Virus record (IMG/VR): IMGVR_UViG_3300005573_000054
Span: 64,001-128,000 of that record
Length of the DNA: 64,000 nt
From: a virus
Direction: 5' to 3' (one strand)
Shown here one piece after another: positions 1-9,811 of this stretch. Both the position numbers and the translations under genes were made by a program. The notes beneath the pieces are model-generated. The model was given only the letters and a program-made list of their open reading frames with translations. It had not been told where the DNA came from and made no database searches. Numbering within the stretch: the first letter of the stretch is position 1; each line of letters begins with the position of its first letter.

Positions 1-1
1 A

Positions 2-1258
2 ACAAATGAGAGAAGAAGTAAACCTCCAAAAAGACTTGATACTCTTTTTCAACAATGTGCAAACTTGATATGTCTCGTTTCTCAGGAGTGTTCAGGTGCT
101 GTGTCTCTAAATGATATCTCCACAGTAGCTGCGGGATATCTATACGTAATTGAAGAAATCGAAAAAACAGATAAGTTATCAGACTATGAACTTAAGAATA
201 TATGGCAGACATTTCTTTATAATATTAATCTTCCGTTTAGAACGGGTAATAGTCCCTTCACAAATATTACATTAGAATTCGGACAATGTGACCCAAGGTT
301 AGCAAACTTTCCAATAGTACATGCGGGAAAGTTATATCAACAAACATACTCTCAAATACCATCAGAGTATTTCGATAGAATAAACATGTCTTTTATATCC
401 TCAATGATAGAGGGTGATGCGGAGGGAAACCCGTTTACATTTCCACTCATCACAGTAAATGTTTATAACGATTTTAAATGGGATAATCCCTCTTGGTTGT
501 ATCTTGTTGAGAACTCTGATAAGTTTGGGGGATTTTACGTTCAAAACTACAGGAAGATAGGGTTCGAAAAAGATACCATTTGGAAGAAATTTAATCCTTA
601 TTTGAAACCTTTCGAAGTAGGAATGATTTACAGTAATTGTTGTAGAATGACTTTTGATCTAAACCTTGTCGAGGTTATAACGGGAAGTAATCCGTTCCAT
701 AGTGGTTCTGGAGTGGGTGGTATCGGAGTTTATGCCATTAACATTAATAGACTTCTCTGGCTCTATAAGAAAGATTTCGAGAGACTTAAAGAATCTCTCG
801 ATTATCTTATAGAAGTCGGGCAGAGTTTTTTAAACGCAAAAAGGAATTGGATACAGAAACATTATACAGATCTTTATCCCTATGTGGCCGCCTATCAAAA
901 AACCACTAAAACGTTGTATAACATCTTTTCAATTGTAGGTGGTCATGAAGGTCTAATCAATGCAGGGTTTGAAGAAGGCATCTTTGACATCGAAGCAATA
1001 AAATACTCTCACAAAATACTCCAATTCGTTTTGGAGAAACTTGATAGTATAATGAAAAGGGATCAGGTATTGGTTTCTTTAGAGTTTGCGCCGAGTGAGT
1101 CTGCATCTCCTTATCTTGCGAAGAAAGACCTACAATTTAAAGACAAATTACTTGAGTTTATCAACAAAAAAGATGTTCGTGGAATTGGTGACGTGACGAA
1201 CATTCCGTTTTTTAGACAGTCTATTTTACAGATACTTAAAGAAAGGGGGATAATCTAG
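2..1258 (+). CDS. nrdD: Anaerobic (class III) ribonucleoside-triphosphate reductase, N-terminal/catalytic part, 5'-truncated by the window
   Basis: Frame is open from base 2 (..SKPPKRLDTLFQQCANLICLVSQECSGA). Motifs: SPFTNITL, GDAEGNPFTFPLIT, SNCCRM (catalytic Cys region), GVYAININRL, EFAPSES. Confidence 0.88.
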   Translation, partial: TNERRSKPPKRLDTLFQQCANLICLVSQECSGAVSLNDISTVAAGYLYVIEEIEKTDKLSDYELKNIWQTFLYNINLPFRTGNSPFTNITLEFGQCDPRLANFPIVHAGKLYQQTYSQIPSEYFDRINMSFISSMIEGDAEGNPFTFPLITVNVYNDFKWDNPSWLYLVENSDKFGGFYVQNYRKIGFEKDTIWKKFNPYLKPFEVGMIYSNCCRMTFDLNLVEVITGSNPFHSGSGVGGIGVYAININRLLWLYKKDFERLKESLDYLIEVGQSFLNAKRNWIQKHYTDLYPYVAAYQKTTKTLYNIFSIVGGHEGLINAGFEEGIFDIEAIKYSHKILQFVLEKLDSIMKRDQVLVSLEFAPSESASPYLAKKDLQFKDKLLEFINKKDVRGIGDVTNIPFFRQSILQILKERGII

Positions 1259-1261
1259 AGG

Positions 1262-1765
1262 ATGAAGTCTTATTCAGAAATGTATGTGTCAGGAAATTCT
1301 GAAACGGGAAACGTCTTTTTAACGTCGGGATTCCTTCCACCTTTTCAAGAAGAAGATTTATTAAAACAGATAGATGTTTCTTGTCATTTTCAGAGTTACG
1401 CTACAGGAGGGTCAATCCTTCATCTTTTCCTGGGGGAAGAGATAAGTGTTGAGAAAAAAGTCGACATTATCAAAAAACTTACAAGTACACCGCTACAGTA
1501 TTTCACACTGACTTCAACCTTGATGAAATGTAATAATTGTAAAGAGAAGATTGTAGGGAAACATAATGTATGTCCTAAATGTAAGTCAAAAGATGTGACT
1601 TTATGGAGTAGGCCAATTGGGTATTTTAGACCGGTTTTAAGAGATAATATTACTGGTGATTTTACGAGTGCAAAGTATCAATACTGGACTAAACCTAGAG
1701 TAGTAGAGTTCTCTCAAAGACGTCTAGTTGTTGAAGATGACTACGAGACATTTTTAGATATGTAG
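1262..1765 (+). CDS. nrdD: Class III RNR C-terminal part (Zn ribbon and glycyl-radical loop) as a separate ORF
   Basis: QSYATGGSILHLFLGE, CNNC..CPKC, WSRPIGYFRPV glycyl-radical motif. Confidence 0.88.
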   Translation: MKSYSEMYVSGNSETGNVFLTSGFLPPFQEEDLLKQIDVSCHFQSYATGGSILHLFLGEEISVEKKVDIIKKLTSTPLQYFTLTSTLMKCNNCKEKIVGKHNVCPKCKSKDVTLWSRPIGYFRPVLRDNITGDFTSAKYQYWTKPRVVEFSQRRLVVEDDYETFLDM

Positions 1766-1773
1766 GGAAATTT

Positions 1774-4700
1774 ATGTTTGACGTGAGTGTTAGTCTTATC
1801 TATAAAACGAAGCAGGGAGAAGAACGAAACTTAATCCCGTATTGCTCAAAACTAGAGTTTGATATGGGGTGTCGTATCTCAAACCTGTTAAGGTGGGGTA
1901 TTGTCAGGTATCACACCAATTTTGACGTTCTTAGAACTCTGGATAGATCTTCAACGGAGCTTTTGGAGATTTATCCTCTTGACACCCCGTTTTCACTAAT
2001 CATCAAGACAAAGACAAACATTGTGGAAATTCCACTGTTATGTACTAATATCGATGTGATTCGAGACAACACTCAGAGGGACGGGTTATATCTTCATGAG
2101 AAACTTAATCAACCTCTAGAGTGGATTTTCGTACCAGCATACGAGATCTTCCTTAATAGGGATTCTCAACTTAAGGAATTGAATTTCTTTGAAAATTATA
2201 TTACTCCAGAGAAAGTTATACAGAAGTTTATAGACGATGATCCATCGTTTAGTATTTCACAGACAGAGGTTCAGAAAAGAGATTTTACGTATAAGATAGT
2301 AACAGGTCAGAGTTCTCCCGGAACAAAGCTTCCTGGAGCTCTCAAAAGTTCTTTTACGAAACAGGCTTTAAAGGGACAAGTTCAACGGAGGTTGGGGATA
2401 ATTAGCTCACTTCTCGCGACTTGTAACTCAATACTTGATACTATTACGAATATTATCAATACGTCTTTCTCTTTTTTCAATGGTTTCATAAAAGATGTTT
2501 GTAATAAAATATCAAATCTTATTAGAGGTGTCGCTCAGAAAGTTAGAGGTTTACTTTTTGACATACTAAAATCACTTCCTAATGCCGGAACACTTCTAGG
2601 ACCTATCTTAACGGTACTTGAAGTGTTCCAACAACTTTTTCAAGGAATCATTGGTCTTGTTTCGAAGATCATGCAACCAGTGAGAAGTTTAATCTCAGGT
2701 ATTTTTAGAACTATATCTACTCTTGTGGGATGTGCTGAACAAGTCGTGTCATCGGTTTTAGCAATTCCATCTGCTCTTTTTATGGGAGTGGAATCTGTGT
2801 TTGAAACAGTATTAGGAATTCCAAATACTTTTATCACAGCATACGATAGTAATTACAAGTGGTGGTCGGGAAAAACTAATCAATTAACAAATCTTATTGA
2901 CGATCTTTCGATTATTCTTCCTCAATATAACTGGTATCTCCCTCCATCACTTACCAAAAACTACAAATTGAAATTAAACAACATTTGGCCTCAGACATAC
3001 ACCTCAACACAGATATCATATATACCAACATACACCCCTAAACCATATATTTTCTCAGAGAACGTTTCGGGAAACCTGCAACAGGTGGAAGAAAAGAATA
3101 TTCCACAGGAAATAGTAAATAAACCTATTCCTATAGAGAATACTACAGAGTGGTCAGAGGCGTTTGGATCTGTAACTTCGGGTCAACCTTATATGCCCTT
3201 TGTAGGAATAGAAGAGATTTCTTCGCTAAAAAATATCATCCTAACGGGTCTTCCTTCGTATCCAGAGGATATCTCTAAGGGTGTTTCTAACGAGTTAAAC
3301 AAGACGTCGGAGACAATTCAGGCAAATAATAACATTCCAACCGAACTTAAAAAGGAATTTCAAAAAGTTACTGAGAAGTGTAATAATATAACTGAAAAGC
3401 TAGTAGATAATTCAGTACCATTTGAAGTTTTAGTCGCATCACCTATAATGGGGCCTTCTGGTTTCTTGAGTAGTGAGGTCTCTGGGGTGACGGTTAGCTT
3501 TGAAAAAAACGAGCAACCAATACCAGTGTATAAACAGACGAAACAGGTAGTTGATCAGATCATCAATATAGTAGAATCGGATCCGAGTTTTCCAGAAGAG
3601 ACGAAGAAAAGTCTTGAAGATCTTTCGTTCAATCTAGATTTGTTAATAAATTCAAAACAGAGTATTCAGTCTGGGTTCTCCATAGAAGATCCAACGTATA
3701 ATACAGCTAAAATTACTGAGAAAATTTTCTCTCAGGAAAAGTTTAAGAGTTTATCTCAAGAGTCAAGTGATCTAATCTCAGAGATGAAAAACGAGCTTGT
3801 TCAGTTTGTTGAAAACGATCTTAAAAACGAGATCAATTCACAGATACAAGATCCAGCTTTGAAAAATGAACTCCTTGATATGGCTGATGAAATCATCTCA
3901 GAGTTGAATGACAATTTTTCTGGTCTACCTCCTGAATTAACTACTATTCTCGAAGATGGTCAGTCTTCTGAGTGGTATAACAAAACAGTCGATCTTGCTA
4001 AAAGCTACTTCGTCGATCTTAATAAGTTTATCGACACGTTTACTCAAGCAATCCTTGAGACTCACGCTTTGTTAAATGACTGTGAGCAACAGACTGTTGT
4101 AGATTTAGGGATGTTTACCTCAGTAAAAGCAGACCCATTCCAAGTCTCTCTTATTATCGAGCACGATGATTATGAGACCATAGGGATAAAAGAGGCAACA
4201 GCAAAAGAATTTCCTCAATCTAAAATTCCAAGAGAAACCAAGTATTCTACTATCGCTGGTACAACTCTTGGGACTCTCTCGAGGTCGTTATATGATCTTT
4301 GTCCATGTCCTTTAGTCAATGCTTCTTCAATAGTCTATGTTGTTGATAAGTCAGAACACAAAGTGCACTATAGATACAGAGTCTATCCTGGAGGAGATAA
4401 AAGGATTGACTGGTATCTTGATTTCAGTAAAACCTCACATGATTTAACCAAAGGTCATCTTGGAGTAAAGAGTGCGGTTATTCAGACAGTAAAAAAACCT
4501 ACGAGTCTTATCACAGATTTAACGAAAAGTCCTAGTAAATTCTTTGAAACTTATACAAAGATTCGTTTAAGAACAGATACAGTTGTTGAAGGGAATCAGA
4601 TTTACACAGGATTAGATGTTCCTATGAGTGATTTTTCTAAGTCGATTTTTACAGCAGAGACACTTTATGTTGAACCAAAAGGAGGTCCTATATCAGATAG

Positions 4701-5118
4701 CGTATACAATATAAGATGTGATACACCTCTAGAGTTTTCAAGAGCAGTACTCCAGTCAATTGGAGATTTGTCAAATAGACTGTTTTTCGACTCAGAGGAG
4801 AAACAGGATTATATAATGTTTACAGAAGATGTAGATCTCTGGCCACTTGTTTGGCCGGGTGATATCATTGAAATCCTTCTTTACCCACCCGTAATAACTG
4901 ATTTCCTTTCTGGACCATGGTTAGTGAGAAGCAAGACTTTGACTCTTGATAGACAGGGAGGAAACGTTCAAAGAGTGGGTGTTACATTTCGTTTGAATCG
5001 TATTGCTCCACGAGACCCTAAGAAGGCCTCATCAATACCACAAGCTACAGATATTGTGAAAAAGATGTATGGACTTCCTTGGGAAAAGAAGAATAGACTG
5101 ATGGTAAATATAAAATAA
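1774..5118 (+). CDS. Large virion protein, possibly a baseplate hub (gp27/gpD-like C-terminus) with a long helical insertion
   Basis: C-terminal PGDIIEI..LSGPWLVRSKTLTL..FRLNR resembles hub-protein ends. Amphipathic helical tract at about aa 205-355. Confidence 0.4.
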   Translation: MFDVSVSLIYKTKQGEERNLIPYCSKLEFDMGCRISNLLRWGIVRYHTNFDVLRTLDRSSTELLEIYPLDTPFSLIIKTKTNIVEIPLLCTNIDVIRDNTQRDGLYLHEKLNQPLEWIFVPAYEIFLNRDSQLKELNFFENYITPEKVIQKFIDDDPSFSISQTEVQKRDFTYKIVTGQSSPGTKLPGALKSSFTKQALKGQVQRRLGIISSLLATCNSILDTITNIINTSFSFFNGFIKDVCNKISNLIRGVAQKVRGLLFDILKSLPNAGTLLGPILTVLEVFQQLFQGIIGLVSKIMQPVRSLISGIFRTISTLVGCAEQVVSSVLAIPSALFMGVESVFETVLGIPNTFITAYDSNYKWWSGKTNQLTNLIDDLSIILPQYNWYLPPSLTKNYKLKLNNIWPQTYTSTQISYIPTYTPKPYIFSENVSGNLQQVEEKNIPQEIVNKPIPIENTTEWSEAFGSVTSGQPYMPFVGIEEISSLKNIILTGLPSYPEDISKGVSNELNKTSETIQANNNIPTELKKEFQKVTEKCNNITEKLVDNSVPFEVLVASPIMGPSGFLSSEVSGVTVSFEKNEQPIPVYKQTKQVVDQIINIVESDPSFPEETKKSLEDLSFNLDLLINSKQSIQSGFSIEDPTYNTAKITEKIFSQEKFKSLSQESSDLISEMKNELVQFVENDLKNEINSQIQDPALKNELLDMADEIISELNDNFSGLPPELTTILEDGQSSEWYNKTVDLAKSYFVDLNKFIDTFTQAILETHALLNDCEQQTVVDLGMFTSVKADPFQVSLIIEHDDYETIGIKEATAKEFPQSKIPRETKYSTIAGTTLGTLSRSLYDLCPCPLVNASSIVYVVDKSEHKVHYRYRVYPGGDKRIDWYLDFSKTSHDLTKGHLGVKSAVIQTVKKPTSLITDLTKSPSKFFETYTKIRLRTDTVVEGNQIYTGLDVPMSDFSKSIFTAETLYVEPKGGPISDSVYNIRCDTPLEFSRAVLQSIGDLSNRLFFDSEEKQDYIMFTEDVDLWPLVWPGDIIEILLYPPVITDFLSGPWLVRSKTLTLDRQGGNVQRVGVTFRLNRIAPRDPKKASSIPQATDIVKKMYGLPWEKKNRLMVNIK

Positions 5119-5135
5119 ATGAAAGGAGGTTTACG

Positions 5136-5447
5136 ATGGATGGAGATAAGCTTCTTTCCACAGTAGACGATGTTGTCCTGTCTGTTGATGAACTCATAAA
5201 GAAATACAATGAGTTGAAAGGAGTTGTGCGTGTGATACAGTCCGCTATCACAGGGAAAGTAATTGAGTGTCAACAGAAAGGTCAGGAAGGAGAGGCAAAA
5301 CGATGGAATGAGTATGTAGAACTAATTCATAAAGTTATCGGTCCTCAATGTCTAGATCATAATAGTAATATAAGCACAACAGAGAAAAAATCAAAGAAAG
5401 GAAGAAAAAGATGGGTACAAATGCCACTATTCCAAGAGACGATATAG
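5136..5447 (+). CDS. Hypothetical protein
   Basis: 103-aa ORF with a strong AAGGAGG RBS. Confidence 0.7.
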   Translation: MDGDKLLSTVDDVVLSVDELIKKYNELKGVVRVIQSAITGKVIECQQKGQEGEAKRWNEYVELIHKVIGPQCLDHNSNISTTEKKSKKGRKRWVQMPLFQETI

Positions 5448-5836
5448 TTTATGGATTCGGACAACATCTAGTATTTGATGGATATAAAGGTTCATTTGCT
5501 ACTCTCGATAATATGGATGAAATTTTCAAATTTCTTGATACTCTTCCAGGCATCATTGGTATGACAAAGATAACTTGTCCTTATGTAATAAGATATAATG
5601 CTCCCATAAAAGAAGACTCGGGAATTACAGGGTTTGTGATTATCGCAGAAAGTCATATCAGTGTTCATACATTTCCATTCAAGAGATACGTGAGTATCGA
5701 TGTTTTCTCATGTAAAGAGTTTAATGTTGACCTCGCAGTAGAGTATATTTTGAGGACTTTTCAAGTAGAACAATATGAGAGTAAAGTCACAAAAAGGGGA
5801 CTAAAGTTTCCAAGAGGTCCTGTGTCCCTTATTTAA
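5411..5836 (+). CDS. speD: S-adenosylmethionine decarboxylase proenzyme (pyruvoyl type)
   Basis: GQHLVFDGY, SGITGFVIIAESHISVHTFP (E-SH autocleavage site), SIDVFSCKEF. Confidence 0.92.
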   Translation: MGTNATIPRDDIVYGFGQHLVFDGYKGSFATLDNMDEIFKFLDTLPGIIGMTKITCPYVIRYNAPIKEDSGITGFVIIAESHISVHTFPFKRYVSIDVFSCKEFNVDLAVEYILRTFQVEQYESKVTKRGLKFPRGPVSLI

Positions 5837-5875
5837 TTTTTCATCTTGACATTTTTACATTTTTAGGAGTATCCG

Positions 5876-8800
5876 ATGAATGGACTTTTAGATTTGAAAA
5901 CACAAGATATGTATCTTTTTTATGAATGGCTTTCCAATTCAAGAAAAGATTTACCTGATCACTTTTATAAGATTAAGTCAAGAGTCTTTCTTAGCTGGTT
6001 TGCGTTTTTAGTCAACTCGAATCAAATCGGGTTTATCAACGATCTATTTAACCATTGGGATTTGTTGTCAGTTTCTTCGAGAGTAATTCTTGAGTGTTTT
6101 AAGGATCTTGTCTCGAGAGGGATAGTTACTCTTAAACCAAAGAATCAGATTGATAACTTTCTTGTGTGTTTATCGTATTCGTCAGATAAAAGAGTTCAAG
6201 ATGTAATGGATATAATAAAAGAGTTAGATCTTGATAACCAAGAAAAAGATAGAGTCTTAAGAGTGATAAAGGGGTTAAATCCTATTGAACTTCAAATACT
6301 TAAAGAAACAAATTATATTAACACTTTAAAAAGTGAGTTGATCCCTTCGGTAACAAAAGAAAAACAAGGAAACTCTTTTGTAAAGAGTTTCTTAGAGCGT
6401 CTGAATGAAACTAGACTCTACATAGAGTCTGCAAAGACAAAAAGGTCTCAATGTCAAAAAATATGTACGTTAAGACCATCAAGACAGGTAAATTTTGATA
6501 TGGGAGGAGACGAAGAGAAGATCAGAAAAGGTCAAATCGATCTTCTATTTATTGGAGAAGCTCCTGGCGAAGAAGAAGTGAAACAATCTAAACCTTTTGT
6601 AGGTCCTTCGGGAAGATTGCTTAGAGAGTATATCAACACGAAACTAGAGGGATTTTCATGGGTAATTTCAAATTCGTGTCTATGTAGACCTCCAGAAAAT
6701 AGAACACCAACGAGAGTTGAAATTGAGTGTTGTAATGAACTTCTTTTTAATCTGATCGATGTTGTTCGACCTCGAATAGTTGTAGCAGTAGGAGGCACTG
6801 CCTATATAGCACTTCGCAAATTTTTCCACAATCAATTCCCAAAAGATTTGGGAATAACCAAACTACATGGATCTTTTGAGGATTTTGCGACACCTTCAGG
6901 AATAATAAGCAAGTTATTTGTGATTGTACATCCCAGTTTCGTAATTAGAAACAAACCAAAAAATATACACTACTTCGACGAAGGATTTGAAAGACTTAGA
7001 AACCATCTTAACTCATCGAGTAGTCTTCCAACGACTACTTCTCCACAGAGTACTATAAAAGTGTTATATGATGATTCACAATCTTCGTTTCTATTTAAAT
7101 ACCCCGAGAAGTATTATGACGTTGATAAATACTCTATTGTCGACATTCAAACCTTCGAGAAGAAGATCTTGTTCTTGTGGAAAAATATCGAGACGGGAAC
7201 AACTGAGTTTAAAACTATTCCATACCAAAATTACTACTACAGTATAAGTAACACTGCTAAGCCAGTAGTTCATTCAAGTGAAGTGGATAGGAATCATATC
7301 TCTAATGTATGTCTGCTACCGTCAGGAAAGTGGGTTCAAAGTGGTTTGGGAAAGTTTTCGAGACAAGAGACTACAGAGTATGAGAGTGATGTACATGTTA
7401 CTAGTAAGTGTCTCGTGGATTGGAAGTTAGAAATAGAGAGACAGGGAAAAATCCCGAGGTCGAGCCCATTTTCATACTGTATTGTTGATATAGAGGTTTA
7501 TGTTAAAGATGGGAAGTTCCCTAAACCCGAGGAGGCCTTTTACCCTGTTGTTTTATGTTCTATATATTCCAGTTTAGATGGGTCGATGACGGTGTTTTGT
7601 TGGGATGAGTTTAATAGGGAGCTTCCGGAGCAAGATGAAGTTATAATTGAGTTGCAAGGTAAAACTAGTGAGGTACAATATAGTATAAGAAGAGTTGGCT
7701 CGGAAGAAGAGCTTATCAGAGAATCAGTAAAACAAATACTTAAACATGATGTGGTAGCAGCGTGGAATAGTATATTTGACCTTGGGTATCTTTATACGAG
7801 GTCAAATAATCTTAACTTATCTCCAGAAAAACTCTTTACTAAGATCGAAGGTCTCTCTCCTAAAGTGGATTTACCTAAGTATATCTTTGACGTTCCGGGT
7901 CTAGTCTGTATGGATTTGTTGACCTGTTATAAGTTTATAACTCCACATGAGAGGGAAAGTTTTGCGTTGGGATATATTGCGGAAACTGAGCTTGGTGTCT
8001 CGAAACTTGAGAGAGGTTCAAGGTTTAATTTTGTATGGGAGTCAGATATAAGATATAGTATTAAATACAATGTGATGGATGTTGTCTTATGTGAAAAGAT
8101 AAATCAAAAGTTAAACATACTAGAGTTCTTTAACGAGCTTAGATTTTTCTATTGTGTTAATTGGAATAGTGTACAGTCATCAAATAAAGCTCTTGATGGA
8201 TTGATATACTATTTTTGTAAGAAGAATGGTTTTTACGTTAGAAGTAAACCCAAGAAAGATAGGAGAAGAGATCTTATAGGTGGTTTCGTTCATGAACCTG
8301 TACCAGGTCTTCATGTAGTAACTCAATTCGACTTTTCAAGTCTATATCCAAACATCATCATTACAGGAAATATCGATGGAAGTTTATTATCGATGAAGTT
8401 GAAAGATCATGACGATGTACTTAGGTATATAAAATACGTTTCCAGTGATGGTAAGGAAGATTCTGAAGTGAATGTTGTGTTCTTTGATGTTGACAGTCAG
8501 ACTTCATCTGAAAGAAAGTGTTTAACGTCACAAGTAGAGAGTTATCGACAGGAGATGAATGGAACGTTTCTGTTCAATGGAACGTTTTTTGATGGAAGAA
8601 AGAAGTCTGTGTTTAGTATGATTCTTGAAGAGCTTCTTAGCCGAAGGAAACAAGAGAAAAAGCTATTGAAAGAAACTAAAGATAAGCAACATGATCTAAA
8701 ACAAAGAGTGTATAAGGTTGCGGCAAATGCACTGTACGGTTATCTTGGATTCGAGGGGTCGAGATTTATCGATCCTAACTTGGTTGAAGCTGTGACTTTG

Positions 8801-9811
8801 ACGGGTCAGATGTTAAATAAATGCGTTTCATGGTTCACTGAAGAGTATCTTGGCTCATATTTTACGCGATCGTCTCTTAATGAGTTTAGTGTTAGTGAAG
8901 ATATTACTAAAAGTGTAGTTACGTACGTAGTTGAGAACTTCTATGAACCGACGAAACATATACCTAATCGTTCGTATATAGTTTATGGAGATACTGACTC
9001 GATATTTATAAAGTCTCCAAAAGTACTCTTAAACGTCTCCGAAGAGACTCTCGAAGATATAACAAGGCAACTTAGAGATAAGTTCTTCGAGTTCACCTCC
9101 TTAGTTGGAAAGATTTTTATCAAAAATCAAAATCCAAGGTTAGTTCTCGAGTTTGAGTATCTTGGTAAGATGTTTCTTATTAATGCAAAAAAGAGGTATG
9201 TTGTTTATAGTACTTATCCCGAAGTGAAGCTCGATATTAAAGGATTTGATTTAAAGAGAAGTGATTATCCATTTTTCTTTAAGGAAAGTTATAAGAAAGT
9301 TCTGGAAATGCTTCTTATCGAAGGAAAATCTATTAAGGAAATACAAGAGTTTATACTTGTTAAAGATGAGGAGTCTCGAAGTCTTCTCAAAAAGTTCGAT
9401 CCGAGCGTCGGGAAACCAGTTACATGGGTCAGGGAATCATATAGATCTATAACTCCAGGTGTGAGAGGTATGATATTGTTTAATAACCTTTTCCAGAGGG
9501 TTTTTCAGGAAGGTTCAAAAGGAGTATTATTTCCTATACGATTACTTCCTCATTATGTTCCTCAGGAAAAACTTCAGTCATATATCAATGAATTATCTTC
9601 ATTGACTTCAGCAACATTAAATATACAGAAAGAGGTAAATGAGGCTAGGTGGTTGACTGTCCCTTGGGATATTGATAAAGAACTACTTGATCAGATACTT
9701 TCGAAGTTGAATGAGTGGTTTTCTATATCTGTGAGTGAATGGGTACAAACAATGTGGATAGATAAGATGAAAGATATAGGATTGTTGGGTAGAAAGGTAG
9801 TTCAGATTTAA
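5876..9811 (+). CDS. Family B DNA polymerase with an N-terminal family-4 uracil-DNA glycosylase domain
   Basis: UDG4 motifs: GEAPGEEE..PFVGPSG, CLCRPPENRTPT..EIECC, HPSF. PolB motifs: VDIE (ExoI), WNSIFDLGYL, FDFSSLYPNII, KVAANALYG, YGDTDS, KKRY. Confidence 0.95.
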   Translation: MNGLLDLKTQDMYLFYEWLSNSRKDLPDHFYKIKSRVFLSWFAFLVNSNQIGFINDLFNHWDLLSVSSRVILECFKDLVSRGIVTLKPKNQIDNFLVCLSYSSDKRVQDVMDIIKELDLDNQEKDRVLRVIKGLNPIELQILKETNYINTLKSELIPSVTKEKQGNSFVKSFLERLNETRLYIESAKTKRSQCQKICTLRPSRQVNFDMGGDEEKIRKGQIDLLFIGEAPGEEEVKQSKPFVGPSGRLLREYINTKLEGFSWVISNSCLCRPPENRTPTRVEIECCNELLFNLIDVVRPRIVVAVGGTAYIALRKFFHNQFPKDLGITKLHGSFEDFATPSGIISKLFVIVHPSFVIRNKPKNIHYFDEGFERLRNHLNSSSSLPTTTSPQSTIKVLYDDSQSSFLFKYPEKYYDVDKYSIVDIQTFEKKILFLWKNIETGTTEFKTIPYQNYYYSISNTAKPVVHSSEVDRNHISNVCLLPSGKWVQSGLGKFSRQETTEYESDVHVTSKCLVDWKLEIERQGKIPRSSPFSYCIVDIEVYVKDGKFPKPEEAFYPVVLCSIYSSLDGSMTVFCWDEFNRELPEQDEVIIELQGKTSEVQYSIRRVGSEEELIRESVKQILKHDVVAAWNSIFDLGYLYTRSNNLNLSPEKLFTKIEGLSPKVDLPKYIFDVPGLVCMDLLTCYKFITPHERESFALGYIAETELGVSKLERGSRFNFVWESDIRYSIKYNVMDVVLCEKINQKLNILEFFNELRFFYCVNWNSVQSSNKALDGLIYYFCKKNGFYVRSKPKKDRRRDLIGGFVHEPVPGLHVVTQFDFSSLYPNIIITGNIDGSLLSMKLKDHDDVLRYIKYVSSDGKEDSEVNVVFFDVDSQTSSERKCLTSQVESYRQEMNGTFLFNGTFFDGRKKSVFSMILEELLSRRKQEKKLLKETKDKQHDLKQRVYKVAANALYGYLGFEGSRFIDPNLVEAVTLTGQMLNKCVSWFTEEYLGSYFTRSSLNEFSVSEDITKSVVTYVVENFYEPTKHIPNRSYIVYGDTDSIFIKSPKVLLNVSEETLEDITRQLRDKFFEFTSLVGKIFIKNQNPRLVLEFEYLGKMFLINAKKRYVVYSTYPEVKLDIKGFDLKRSDYPFFFKESYKKVLEMLLIEGKSIKEIQEFILVKDEESRSLLKKFDPSVGKPVTWVRESYRSITPGVRGMILFNNLFQRVFQEGSKGVLFPIRLLPHYVPQEKLQSYINELSSLTSATLNIQKEVNEARWLTVPWDIDKELLDQILSKLNEWFSISVSEWVQTMWIDKMKDIGLLGRKVVQI

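Noticed and set aside
1256-1261. Genome-wide TAG recoding, suggested by the in-frame TAG in nrdD
   Set aside because: Other TAG-ending genes checked (1765, 10359) are followed by genes in different frames, and long ORFs are intact under the standard code.
5846-5875. Sigma70 promoter upstream of the polymerase (TTGACA)
   Set aside because: No acceptable -10 hexamer at the expected spacing.
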